From Eledone cirrhosa (Eukaryota): 64,000 nucleotides of DNA. This document shows, one piece after another, positions 27,401-41,100 of this stretch. Location of the stretch: positions 129,890,001 to 129,954,000 of the forward strand of contig OZ024743.1 in NCBI GenBank assembly GCA_964016885.1, given 5' to 3'. Numbering within the stretch: position 1 is the first letter of the stretch; the number at the start of each line of letters is the position of its first letter. Below the pieces are notes generated by a model. The model had not been told where the DNA came from. It did not search any database and worked only from the letters and a program-made list of their open reading frames with translations. The position numbers and the translations under genes are program-made.

Positions 27401-29890
27401 AAACACCAAACACCAAAGACCAGGCACCAAGCACCAATCACCAAGCACCAAGCACCAAGGAACAAACACCAAGCACCAAGCACCAAGCACCAAACAGCAA
27501 ACACAAACAGCAAACACCAAACAGCAAACACCAAACACCAAACAGCAAACACCAAACACCAAACAGCAAACACCAAACACCAAACAGCAAACACCAAACA
27601 GCAAACACCAAACAGCAAACACCAAACACCAAACACCAAACACCAAACACCAAGCACCAAACACCAAGCACCAAGCAACAAGCACCAATCACCAAGCACC
27701 AAGCACCAAACACCAAACACCAAGCACCAAGCACCAAACACCAAACACCAAACATCAAACACCAAGCACCAAACACCAAAAACCAAGCACCAAACACCAA
27801 GCACCAAGCGCCAAACACCAAACACCAAGCACCAAGCACCAAACACCAAGAACAAAGCACCAATCACCAAACACCAAGCACCAAGCACCAAACACCAAAC
27901 ACCAAGCACCAAGCACCAAACACCAAACAACAAGTACGAAGCACAAGCACCAAACACCAAGCACCAAGCACCAAGCACCAAACACCAAACACCAAACACC
28001 AAACAGCAAACACCAAACACCAAACATCAAATACAAAACACCAAACAGCAAACACCAAACAGCAAACACCAAACACCAAACAGCAAACACCAAACAGCAA
28101 ACACCAAACACCAAATACCAAACAGAAAATGCCAAACATCAAACGACAAACACCAAACGCCAAGCACCAAGCACCAAGCACCAAGCACAAAGCACCAAGC
28201 ACCAAACACCAAGCACCAAGCACCAAGCACCAAACACCAAGCACCACGCACCAAACACCAAACACCAAACACCAAGCTCCAAGCACCAAACCCCATGCAC
28301 CAGACACCAAGCACCAATCAACAAACACCAAATACCAAGCACCAAGCACCAAAAACCAAGCACCAAGCACAAAGCACCAAGCACCAAACACCAAATGCCA
28401 AACACCAAACACCAAGCACCAAGCACCAATCACCAAGCACCAAGCACCAAGCACCAAACACCAAGCACCAAGCTCCGAGCACCAAACACCAAGCACCAAG
28501 CACCAAGCACCAAATACCAAGCACCTAGCACCAAACACCAAACACCAAGCACCAAGCACCAAACACCAAACACCAAGCACCAAGCACCAAACACCAAACA
28601 CCAAGCACCAAGCACCAAACACCAAGAACCAAGCACCAAGCACTAAACACCAAAGACCAAGCACCAAGCACCAAACACCAAACACCACACACCAAGCACC
28701 AAGCACCAAACCCCAAGCACCAGACACCAAGCACCAATCAACAAACACCAAATACCAAGCACCAAGCACCAAACACCAAAAACCAAGCACCAAGCACAAA
28801 GCACCAAGCACCAAACACCAAATGCCAAACACCAAACACCAAGCACCAAGCACCAAACGCCAAGCACCAAGCGCCAAAGACCAAACACCAAGCACCAAGC
28901 ACCAAACACCAAGCACCAAGCTCCGAGCACCAAACACCAAGCACCAAGCACCAATCACCAAATACCAAGCACCTAGCACCAAACACCAAGCACCAAGCAC
29001 CAAGCACCAAGCACCAAACACCAAGCACCAAGCACCAAACACCAAACACAAAACACCAAGTACCAAGCACCAAACACCAAACACCAAACACCAAGCACCA
29101 AGCACCAAACACCAAGCCCCAAGCACCAAGCACCAAACAACAAGCACCAAGTACCAAGTACCTAACACCAAGCACCAAGCACCAAACACCAAACGTCTAG
29201 CACCAAGCACCAAACACCAAGCACCAAGCATAAAGCACCAAAAGCCAAGCACCAAGCACCAAGCACCAAACACCAAACAGCAAGCACCAAGTACCACACA
29301 TCAAACACCGAGCACCAAACACCAAACACCAGGCCCAAACACCAAGCACCAATCACCAAGCACCAAGCACCAAGCAACAAACACAAAGCACCAATCACCA
29401 AGCACCGAGCACCAAGCACCAAGCACCAAGCACCAAACACCAAGCACCAAACACCAAACACCAAGCACCAAGCACCAATCACCAAACACCAAGCACCAAG
29501 CACCAAACACCAAACAGCAAGCACCAAGCACCAAACACCAAGTACCAAGCACAAAGCACCAAACACCAAGCACCAAGCAGCAAGCACCAAACACCAAACA
29601 CCAAGCACCAAGCACGAAACACGAAACACCAAGTACCAAGCACAAAGCACCAAACACCAAGCACCAAGCACCAAGCACCAAACACCAAACACCAAACACT
29701 AAACACCAAACAGCAAACACCAAACACCAAACACCAAATACAAAACACCAAACAGCAAACAGCAAACACCAAACAGCAAACACCAAACACCAAACAGCAA
29801 ACACCAAACAGCAAACACCAAACACCAAACACCAAACAGAAAATGCCAAACATCAAGCGACAAACACCAAACGCCAAGCACCAAGCACCA
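23300..29890. repeat. Near-perfect tandem duplication, period 3316 bp
   Basis: ORF pairs 23354/26670, 23870/27186, 24548/27864, 24813/28129, 25846/29162 and 26527/29843 are all offset by 3316. Differences noticed: 23934C/27250G, 25657G/28973C and 26307A/29623G. Confidence 0.93.
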
Positions 29891-32800
29891 AGCACCAAGC
29901 ACAAAGCACCAAGCACCAAACACCAAGCACCAAGCACCAATCACCAAACACCAAGCACCACGCACACACCACAAGACACCAAACACCAAGCACCAAGCAC
30001 CAAACCCCAAGCACCAGACACCAAGCACCAATCAACAAACACCAAATACCAGGAACCAAGCACCAAACACCAAAAACCAAGCACCAAGCACAAAGCACCA
30101 AGCACCAAACACCAAATGCCAAACACCAAACACCAAGCACCAAGCACCAAACACCAAGCACCAAGCGCCAAAAACCAAACACCAAGCACCAAGCACCAAA
30201 CACCAAACACCAAGCCCCGAGCACCAAACACCAAGCACCAAGCACCAATCACCAAATACCAAGCACCTAGCACCAAACACCAAACACCAAGCACCAAGCA
30301 CCAAACACCAAACACCAAGCACCAAGCACCAAACACCAAATACCAAGCACCAAGCACTAAACACCAAACACCAAGCACCAAGCACCAAGCACCAAGCACC
30401 AAGCACCAAACACCAAGCACCAAGCACCAAACACCAAACACAAAACACCAAGTACCAAGCACCAAACATCAAACACCAAACACCAAGCACCAAGCACCAA
30501 ACACCAAGCACCAAGCACCAAGCACCAAACAACAAGCACCAAGCACCAAGTAGCTAACACCAAGCACCAAGTACCAAACACCAAACGCCTAGCACCAAGC
30601 ACCAAACACCAAGCACCAAGCACAAAGCACCAAAAGCCAAGCACCAAGCACCAAGCACCAAACACCAAACAGCAAGCACCAAGTACCACACATCAAACAC
30701 CAAGCACTAAACACCAAACACCAGGCCCAAACACCAAGCACCAAACACCAAGTACCAAGCACCAAGCAACAAACACAAAGCACCAATCACCAAGCACCAA
30801 ATACCAAACACCAAGCACCAAGCAACACACATCAAACACCAAACACCACACACCAAAAACCAAACATCAAACACCAAACAGCAAACACCAAACACCAAAT
30901 AGCAAACACCAAACAGCAAACACCAAACACCAAACAGCAAACACCAAACACCAAACACCAAACAGCAAGCACCAAGCACCAAACACCAAACAGCAAGCAC
31001 CAAGCACCAAGCACCAAGCACCAAGCACCAAACACCAAACACCAAGCACCAAGCACCAAACACCAAACACCAAACAGCAAGCACCAAGTACCACACATCA
31101 AACACCAAGCACAAAACATCAAGCACCAAGCACCAAGAACCAAGCACCAAGCACCAAACACCAAGCACCAAGCAAGAATCACCAAACACCAAGCCCCAAG
31201 CTCCAAGCACCAAACAACAAGAACCAAGCACCAAGCACCAAACACCAATCACCAAGCAGCAAACACCAAGCACCAAGCACCAAGCACCAATCACCAAACA
31301 CCAAAAACCAAGCACCAAGCACCAAGTACCAAACACCAAATGCCAAACACCAAACACCATGCACCAGGCACCAAACACCAAGCACCAAGCGCCAGAGACC
31401 AAACACCAAGCACCAAGCACCAAGCACCAAACACTAAACAGCAAACACCAAACAGCAAACACCAAACACCAAACACGAACCAGCAAACATCAAGCAGCAA
31501 ACACCAAACAGCAAACGTCAAACATCAAACGCCGAACACCAAACGCCAAACCGCAAACACCAAGCACCATGCACCAAACACCAATCACCAAGCATCAAAC
31601 ACCATACACCAAGCACCAATCACCAAGCACCAAACACCAAGCACCAAGCACCAAGCATCAAACACCAAGCACCTAGCACCAAGTACAAACACCAAGCACC
31701 AAACACCAAGCACTAGATACCAAGCACCAAGCACCAAGCACCAAGCACCAAACACCAAACACCAAGCACCAAGCACCAAGCACCAAGCACCAAACACCAA
31801 ACACCAAACACCAAACAGCAAACACAAAACACCAAATAGCAAACACCAATCACCAAACAGCAAACACCAAACACCAAACACCAAACAGCAAACACCAAAC
31901 AACAAATAGCAAACAGCAAACAGCAAACACCAAACACCAAGCACCAAGCACCAAACACCAAGCACCAAACACCAAACACCAAGCATCAAGCACCAAACAG
32001 CAAACACCAAGCACCAAGCAGCAAACACCAAGCACCAAGCCCCAAGCACCAAACACCAAACACCAAGCACCAAACACCAAACACCAAGCACCAAGCACCA
32101 AACACCAAGCACCAAACACCAAGCACCAAGCGCCAAACACCAAACACCAAGCACCAAGCACCAAACACCAAGCACCAAGCACCAATCACCAAACACCAGG
32201 CACCAAGCACCAAACACCAAACACCAAGCACCAAGCACCAGACACCAAACACCAAGTACCAAGCACCAAGCACCAAACACCAAGCACCAAGCACCAAGAA
32301 CCAAGCACCAAACACCAAACAACAAACACCAAACACCAAACACCAAACACCAAACACCAAACAGCAAACACCAAACACCAAACATGAAATACAAAACACC
32401 AAACAGCAAACACCAAACAGCAAACACCAAACACAAAAACAGCAAACACCAAACAGCAAACACCAAACACCAAACACCAAACAGAAAATGCCAAACATCA
32501 AACGACAAACACCAAACGCCAAGCACCAAGCACCAAGCACCAAACACCAAGCACCACGCACCAAACACCAAATACCTAGCACCAAGCACCAAACACCAAG
32601 CACCAAGCACCAAGCACCAAGCACCAAATACCTAACACCAAGCATCAAGCACCACACATCAAACACCAAGCACCAAGCACCAAACACCAAACACCAAAGA
32701 CCAGGCACCAAGCACCAATCACCAAGCACCAAGCACCAAGGAACAAACACCAAGCACCAAGCACCAAGCACCAAACAGCAAACACAAACAGCAAACACCA

Positions 32801-35800
32801 AACAGCAAACACCAAACACCAAACAGCAAACACCAAACACCAAACAGCAAACACCAAACACCAAACAGCAAACACCAAACAGCAAACACCAAACAGCAAA
32901 CAGCAAACACCAAACACCAAACACCAAACACAAAGCACCAAACACCAAGCACCAAGCAACAAGCACCAATCACCAAGCACCAAGCACCATACACCAAACA
33001 CCAAGCACCAAGCACCAAACACCAAACACCAAACAGCGAGCACCAAACACCAATCACCAAGCACCAAACACCAAACACCAAACACCAAACACCAAGCACC
33101 AAACACCAAAAACCAAGCACCAAGCACAAAGCACCAAGCACCAAACACCAAACGCCAAACACCAAACACCAAGCACCAAGGACCAAACACCAAGCACCAA
33201 GCGCCAAAGACCAAACACCAAGCACCAAGCACTAAACACCAAACACCAAGCACCAAGCACCAAGCACCAAGCACCAAACACCAAGCACCAAGCACCAAAC
33301 ACCAAACACAAAACACCAAGTAACAATCACCAAACACCAAACACCAAACACCAAGCACCAAGCACCAAGCACCAAACACCAAACACCAAACACCAAGCAC
33401 CAAGCACCAAATACCAAGTACCAAGCACCAAGCACCAAACATCAAGCATCAAGAACCAAGCACCAAACACAAAGCACCAAGCACCAAGCACCAAACACCT
33501 AGCACCAAGCACCAAACACCAAGCACCAAGCACCAAGCACCAAACACCAAGAACCAAGCACCAAGCACCAAGCACCAAATACCAAACACCAAGCACCAAG
33601 CACCACACATCAAACACCAAACACCACACACCAAACACCAAACAGCAAACACCAAATAGCAAACACCAAACAGCAAACACCAAACACCAAACAGCAAACA
33701 GCAAACACCAAACACCAAACGCCTAGCACCAAGCACCAAACACCAAACAGCAAGCACCAAGCACCAAGCACCAAGCACCAAGCACCAAGCACCAAACACC
33801 AAACACCAAGCACCAAGCACCAAGCACAAAACATCAAGCACCAAGCACCAAGAACCAAGCACCAAGCACCAAACACCAAACACCAAGCACCAAGCACCAA
33901 GCACCAAACACCAAGCACCAAGCAAGAAGCACCAAACATCAAGCCCCAAGCACCAAGCACCAAACAACAAGAACCAAGCACCAACAACCAAACACCAATC
34001 ACCAAGCACCAAACACCAATCACCAAGCACCAAGCACCAATCACCAAACACCAAAAACCAAGCACCAAGCACCAAGTACCAAACACCAAATGCCAAACAC
34101 CAAACACCAAGCACGTAGCACCAAGCACCAAGCACCAAAAAACAAACACCAAACACCAATCACCAAACAGCAAACACCAAACACCAAACACCAAACAGCA
34201 AACAGCAAACACCAAACACCAAATAGCAAACACCAAACAGCAAACAGCAAACACCAAACACCAAGCACCAAGCACCAAACACCAAGCACCAAACACCAAC
34301 CACCAAGCATCAAGCACCAAACAGCAAACACCAAGCACCAAGCACCAAACACCAAGCACCAAGCCCCAAGCACCAAACACCAAAAACCAAGCACCAAACA
34401 CCAAGCACCAAGCACCAAACACCAAGCACCAAACACCAAGCACCAAGCGCCAAACACCAAACACCAAGCACCAAGCACCAAACACCAAGCACCAAGCAAG
34501 AATCACCAAACACCAAGCACCAAGCACCAAACACCAAACACCAAGCACCAAGCACCAAAGACCAAACACCAAACACCAAACAGCAAACACCAAACACCAA
34601 ACATGAAATACAAAACACCAAACAGCAAACACCAAACAGCAAACACCAAACACAAAAACAGCAAACACCAAACAGCAAACACCAAACACCAAACACCAAA
34701 CAGAAAATGCCAAACATCAAACGACAAACACCAAACGCCAAGCACCAAGCACCAAGCACCAAACACCAAGCACCAAGCACCAAACACCAAGCACCAAGCA
34801 CCAAGCACCAAGCACCAAATACCAAACACCAAGCATCAAGCACCACACATCAAACACCAAGCACCAAGCACCAAACACCAAACACCAAAGACCAGGCACC
34901 AAGCACCAATCACCAAGCACCAAGCACCAAGGAACAAACACCAAGCACCAAGCACCAAGCACCAAACAGCAAACACAAACAGCAAACACCAAACAGCAAA
35001 CACCAAACACCAAACAGCAGACACCAAACACCAAACAGCAAACACCAAACACCAAACAGCAAACACCAAACAGCAAACACCAAACAGCAAACAGGAAACA
35101 CCAAACACCAAGCACCAAACACCAAGCACCAAGCAACAAGCACCAATCACCAGCACCAAGCACCAAACACCAAACACCAAGCACCAAGCACTAAACACCA
35201 AACACCAAACAGCGAGCACCAAACACCAATCACCAAGCACCAAACACCAAACACCAAACACCAAACACCAAGCACCAAACACCAAAAACCAAGCACCAAG
35301 CACAAAGCACCAAGCACCAAACACCAAACGCCAAACACCAAACACCAAGCACCAAGCACCAAACACCAAGCACCAAGCGCCAAAGACCAAACACCAAGCA
35401 CCAAGCACTAAACACCAAACACCAAGCACCAAGCACCAAGCACCAAGCACCAAACACCAAGCACCAAGCACCAAACACCAAACACAAAACACCAAGTAAC
35501 AAGCACCAAACACCAAACACCAAACACCAAGCACCAAGCACCAAGCACCAAACACCAAACACCAAACACCAAGCACCAAGCACCAAACACCAAGTACCAA
35601 GCACCAAGCACCAAACATCAAGCATCAAGAACCAAGCACCAAACACAAAGCACCAAGCACCAAGCACCAAACACCTAGCACCAAGCACCAAACACCAAGC
35701 ACCAAGCACCAAGCACCAAATACCAAACACCAAGCACCAAGCACCACACATCAAACACCAAACACCACACACCAAACACCAAACAGCAAACACCAAATAG

Positions 35801-37770
35801 CAAACACCAAACAGCAAACACCAAACACCAAACAGCAAACAGCAAACACCAAACACCACACACCTAGCACCAAGCACCAAACACCAAACAGCAAGCACCA
35901 AGCACCAAGCACCAAGCACCAAGCACCAAGCACCAAACACCAAGCACCAAGCACCAAGCACAAAACATCAAGCACCAAGCACCAAGAACCAAGCACCAAG
36001 CACCAAACACCAAACACCAAGCACCAAACACCAAACACCAGACACCAAGCACCAAACACCAAACACCAAGCACCAAGTACCAAACACCAAGCACCAAGCA
36101 CCAAGCACCAAGCACCAAACACCAAGCACCAAGCAAGAAGCACCAAACATCAAGCCCCAAGCACCAAGCACCAAACAACAAGAACCAAGCACCAACAACC
36201 AAACACCAATCACCAAGCACCAAACACCAATCACCAAGCACCAAGCACCAATCACCAAACACCAAAAACCAAGCACCAAGCACCAAGTACCAAACACCAA
36301 ATGCCAAACACCAAACACCAAGCACGTAGCACCAAGCACCCAACACCAAACACCAAACACCAATCACCAAACAGCAAACACCAAACACCAAACACCAAAC
36401 AGCAAACAGCAAACACCAAACACCAAATAGCAAACACCAAACACCAAACACCAAACAGAAAATGCCAAACATCAAACGACAAACACCAAACGCCAAGCAC
36501 CAAGCACCAAGCACCAAACACCAAGCACCACGCACCAAACACCAAATACCTAGCACCAAGCACCAAACACCAAGCACCAAGCACCAAACACCAAGCACCA
36601 AGCACCAAGCACCAAGCACCAAATACCTAACACCAAGCATCAAGCACCACACATCAAACACCAAGCACCAAGCGCCAAACACCAAACACCAAAGACCAGG
36701 CACCAAGCACCAATCACCAAGCACCAAGCACCAAGGAACAAACACCAAGCACCAAGCAACAAGCACCAAACAGCAAACACAAACAGCAAACACCAAACAG
36801 CAAACACTAAACACCAAACAGCAAACACCAAACACCAAACAGCAAACACCAAACACCAAACAGCAAACACCAAACAGCAAACACCAAACAGCAAACAGCA
36901 AACACCAAACACCAAACACCAAACACCAAGCACCAAACACCAAGCACCAAGCAACAAGCACCAATCACCAAGCACCAAGCACCAAACACCAAACACCAAG
37001 CACCAAGCACCAAACACCAAACACCAAACAGCGAGCACCAAACACCAATCACCAAGCACCAAACACCAAACACCAAACACCAAACACCAAGCACCAAACA
37101 CCAAAAACCAAGCACCAAGCACAAAGCACCAAGCACCAAACACCAAACGCCAAACACCAAACACCAAGCACCAAGCACCAAACACCAAGCACCAAGCGCC
37201 AAAGACCAAACACCAAGCACCAAGCACTAAACACCAAACACCAAGCATCAAGCACCAAGCACCAAGCACCAAACACCAAGCACCAAGCACCAAACACCAA
37301 ACACAAAACACCAAGTAACAAGCACCAAACACCAAACACCAAACACCAAGCACCAAGCACCAAGCACCAAACACAAAACACCAAACACCAAGCACCAAGC
37401 ACCAAACACCAAGTACCAAGCACCAAGCACCAAACATCAAGCATCAAGAACCAAGCACCAAACACAAAGCACCAAGCACCAAGCACCAAACACCTAGCAC
37501 CAAGCACCAAACACCAAGCACCAAGCACCAAGCACCAAACACCAAGAACCAAGCACCAAGCACCAAGCACCAAATACCAAACACCAAGCACCAAGCACCA
37601 CACATCAAACACCAAACACCACACACCAAACACCAAACAGCAAACACCAAATAGCAAACACCAAACAGCAAACACCAAACACCAAACAGCAAACAACAAA
37701 CACCAAACACCAAACACCTAGCACCAAGCACCAAACACCAAACAGCAAGCACCAAGCACCAAGCACCAAG
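26620..37770. repeat. Higher-order repeat B (about 11.8 kb period), copy 1
   Basis: Offsets to copy 2 are 11767 (26870/38637, 28129/39896, 29843/41610), 11760 (30589/42349, 31340/43100, 32488/44248) and 11837 (34090/45927, 36462/48299, 37444/49281). Confidence 0.93.
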
Positions 37771-38194
37771 GAACAAACACCAAGCACCAAGCACCAAGCA
37801 CCAAACAGCAAACACAAACAGCAAACACCAAACAGCAAACACCAAACACCAAACAGCAAACACCAAACACCAAACAGCAAACACCAAACACCAAACAGCA
37901 AACACCAAACAGCAAACACCAAACAGCAAACAGCAAACACCAAACACCAAACACCAAACACCAAGCACCAAACACCAAGCACCAAGCAACAAGCACCAAT
38001 CACCAAGCACCAAGCACCAAACACCAAACACCAAGCACCAAGCACCAAACACCAAACACCAAACACCAAACACCAAGCACCAAACACCAAAAACCAAGCA
38101 CCAAACACCAAGCACCAAGCGCCAAACACCAAACACCAAGCACCAAGCACCAAACACCAAGAACAAAGCACCAATCACCAAACACCAAGCACCA

Positions 38195-41100
38195 AGCACC
38201 AAACACCAAACACCAAGCACCAAGCACCAAGCACCAAGTACCAAACACCAAACACCAAACACCAAACAGCAAACACAAAACACCAAATAGCAAACACCAA
38301 TCACCAAACAGCAAACACCAAACACCAAACACCAAACAGCAAACACCAAACAACAAATAGCAAACAGCAAACAGCAAACACCAAACACCAAGCACCAAGC
38401 ACCAAACACCAAGCACCAAACACCAAACACCAAGCATCAAGCACCAAACAGCAAACACCAAGCACCAAGCACAAAACACCAAGCACCAAGCCCCAAGCAC
38501 CAAACACCAAACACCAAGCACCAAACACCAAACACCAAGCACCAAGCACCAAACACCAAGCACCAAACACCAAGCACCAAGCACCAAACACCAAACACCA
38601 AGCACCAAGCACCAAACACCAAGCACCAAGCACCAATCACCAAACACCAGGCACCAAGCACCAAACACCAAACACCAAGCACCAAGCACCAGACACCAAA
38701 CACCAAGTACCAAGCACCAAGCACCAAACACCAAGCACCAAGCACCAAGCACCAAGCACCAAACACCAAACACCAAACACCAAACACCAAACACCAAACA
38801 CCAAACACCAAACAGCAAACACCAAACACCAAACATGAAATACAAAACACCAAACAGCAAACACCAAACAGCAAACACCAAACAGCAAACACCAAACACA
38901 AAAACAGCAAACACCAAACAGCAAACACCAAACACCAAACACCAAACAGAAAATGTCAAACATCAAACGACAAACACCAAACGCCAAGCACCAAGCACCA
39001 AGCACCAAACACCAAGCACCACGCACCAAACACCAAATACCTAGCACCAAGAACCAAACACCAAGCACCAAGCACCAAACACCAAGCACCAAGCACCAAG
39101 CACCAAGCACCAAATACCTAACACCAAGCATCAAGCACCACACATCAAACACCAAGCACCAAGCACCAAACACCAAACACCAAAGACCAGGCACCAAGCA
39201 CCAATCACCAAGCACCAAGCACCAAGGAACAAACACCAAGCACCAAGCACCAAGCACCAAACAGCAAACACAAACAGCAAACACCAAACAGCAAACACCA
39301 AACACCAAACAGCAAACACCAGACACCAAACAGCAAACACCAAACACCAAACAGCAAACACCAAACAGCAAACACCAAACAGCAAACACCAAACACCAAA
39401 CACCAAACACCAAACACCAAGCACCAAACACCAAGCACCAAGCAACAAGCACCAATCACCAAGCACCAAGCACCAAACACCAAACACCAAGCACCAAGCA
39501 CCAAACACCAAACACCAAACATCAAACACCAAGCACCAAACACCAAAAACCAAGCACCAAACACCAAGCACCAAGCGCCAAACACCAAACACCAAGCACC
39601 AAGCACCAAACACCAAGAACAAAGCACCAATCACCAAACACCAAGCACCAAGCACCAAACACCAAACACCAAGCACCAAGCACCAAACACCAAACAACAA
39701 GTACGAAGCACAAGCACCAAACACCAAGCACCAAGCACCAAGCACCAAACACCAAACACCAAACAGCAAACAGCAAACACCAAACACCAAACATCAAATA
39801 CAAAACACCAAACAGCAAACACCAAACAGCAAACACCAAACACCAAACAGCAAACACCAAACAGCAAACACCAAACACCAAATACCAAACAGAAAATGCC
39901 AAACATCAAACGACAAACACCAAACGCCAAGCACCAAGCACCAAGCACCAAGCACAAAGCACCAAGCACCAAACACCAAGCACCAAGCACCAAGCACCAA
40001 ACACCAAGCACCACGCACCAAACACCAAACACCAAACACCAAGCTCCAAGCACCAAACCCCAAGCACCAGACACCAAGCACCAATCAACAAACACCAAAT
40101 ACCAAGCACCAAGCACCAAAAACCAAGCACCAAGCACAAAGCACCAAGCACCAAACACCAAATGCCAAACACCAAACACCAAGCACCAAGCACCAATCAC
40201 CAAGCACCAAGCACCAAGCACCAAACACCAAGCACCAAGCTCCGAGCACCAAACACCAAGCACCAAGCACCAAGCACCAAATACCAAGCACCTAGCACCA
40301 AACACCAAACACCAAGCACCAAGCACCAAACACCAAACACCAAGCACCAAGCACCAAACACCAAACACCAAGCACCAAGCACCAAACACCAAGAACCAAG
40401 CACCAAGCACTAAACACCAAAGACCAAGCACCAAGCACCAAACACCAAACACCACACACCAAGCACCAAGCACCAAACCCCAAGCACCAGACACCAAGCA
40501 CCAATCAACAAACACCAAATACCAAGCACCAAGCACCAAACACCAAAAACCAAGCACCAAGCACAAAGCACCAAGCACCAAACACCAAATGCCAAACACC
40601 AAACACCAAGCACCAAGCACCAAATGCCAAGCACCAAGCGCCAAAGACCAAACACCAATCACCAAGCACCAAACACCAAGCACCAAGCTCCGAGCACCAA
40701 ACACCAAGCACCAAGCACCAATCACCAAATACCAAGCACCTAGCACCAAACACCAAGCACCAAGCACCAAGCACCAAGCACCAAACACCAAGCACCAAGC
40801 ACCAAACACCAAACACAAAACACCAAGTACCAAGCACCAAACACCAAACACCAAACACCAAGCACCAAGCACCAAACACCAAGCCCCAAGCACCAAGCAC
40901 CAAACAACAAGCACCAAGTACCAAGTACCTAACACCAAGCACCAAGCACCAAACACCAAACGTCTAGCACCAAGCACCAAACACCAAGCACCAAGCATAA
41001 AGCACCAAAAGCCAAGCACCAAGCACCAAGCACCAAACACCAAACAGCAAGCACCAAGTACCACACATCAAACACCGAGCACCAAACACCAAACACCAGG

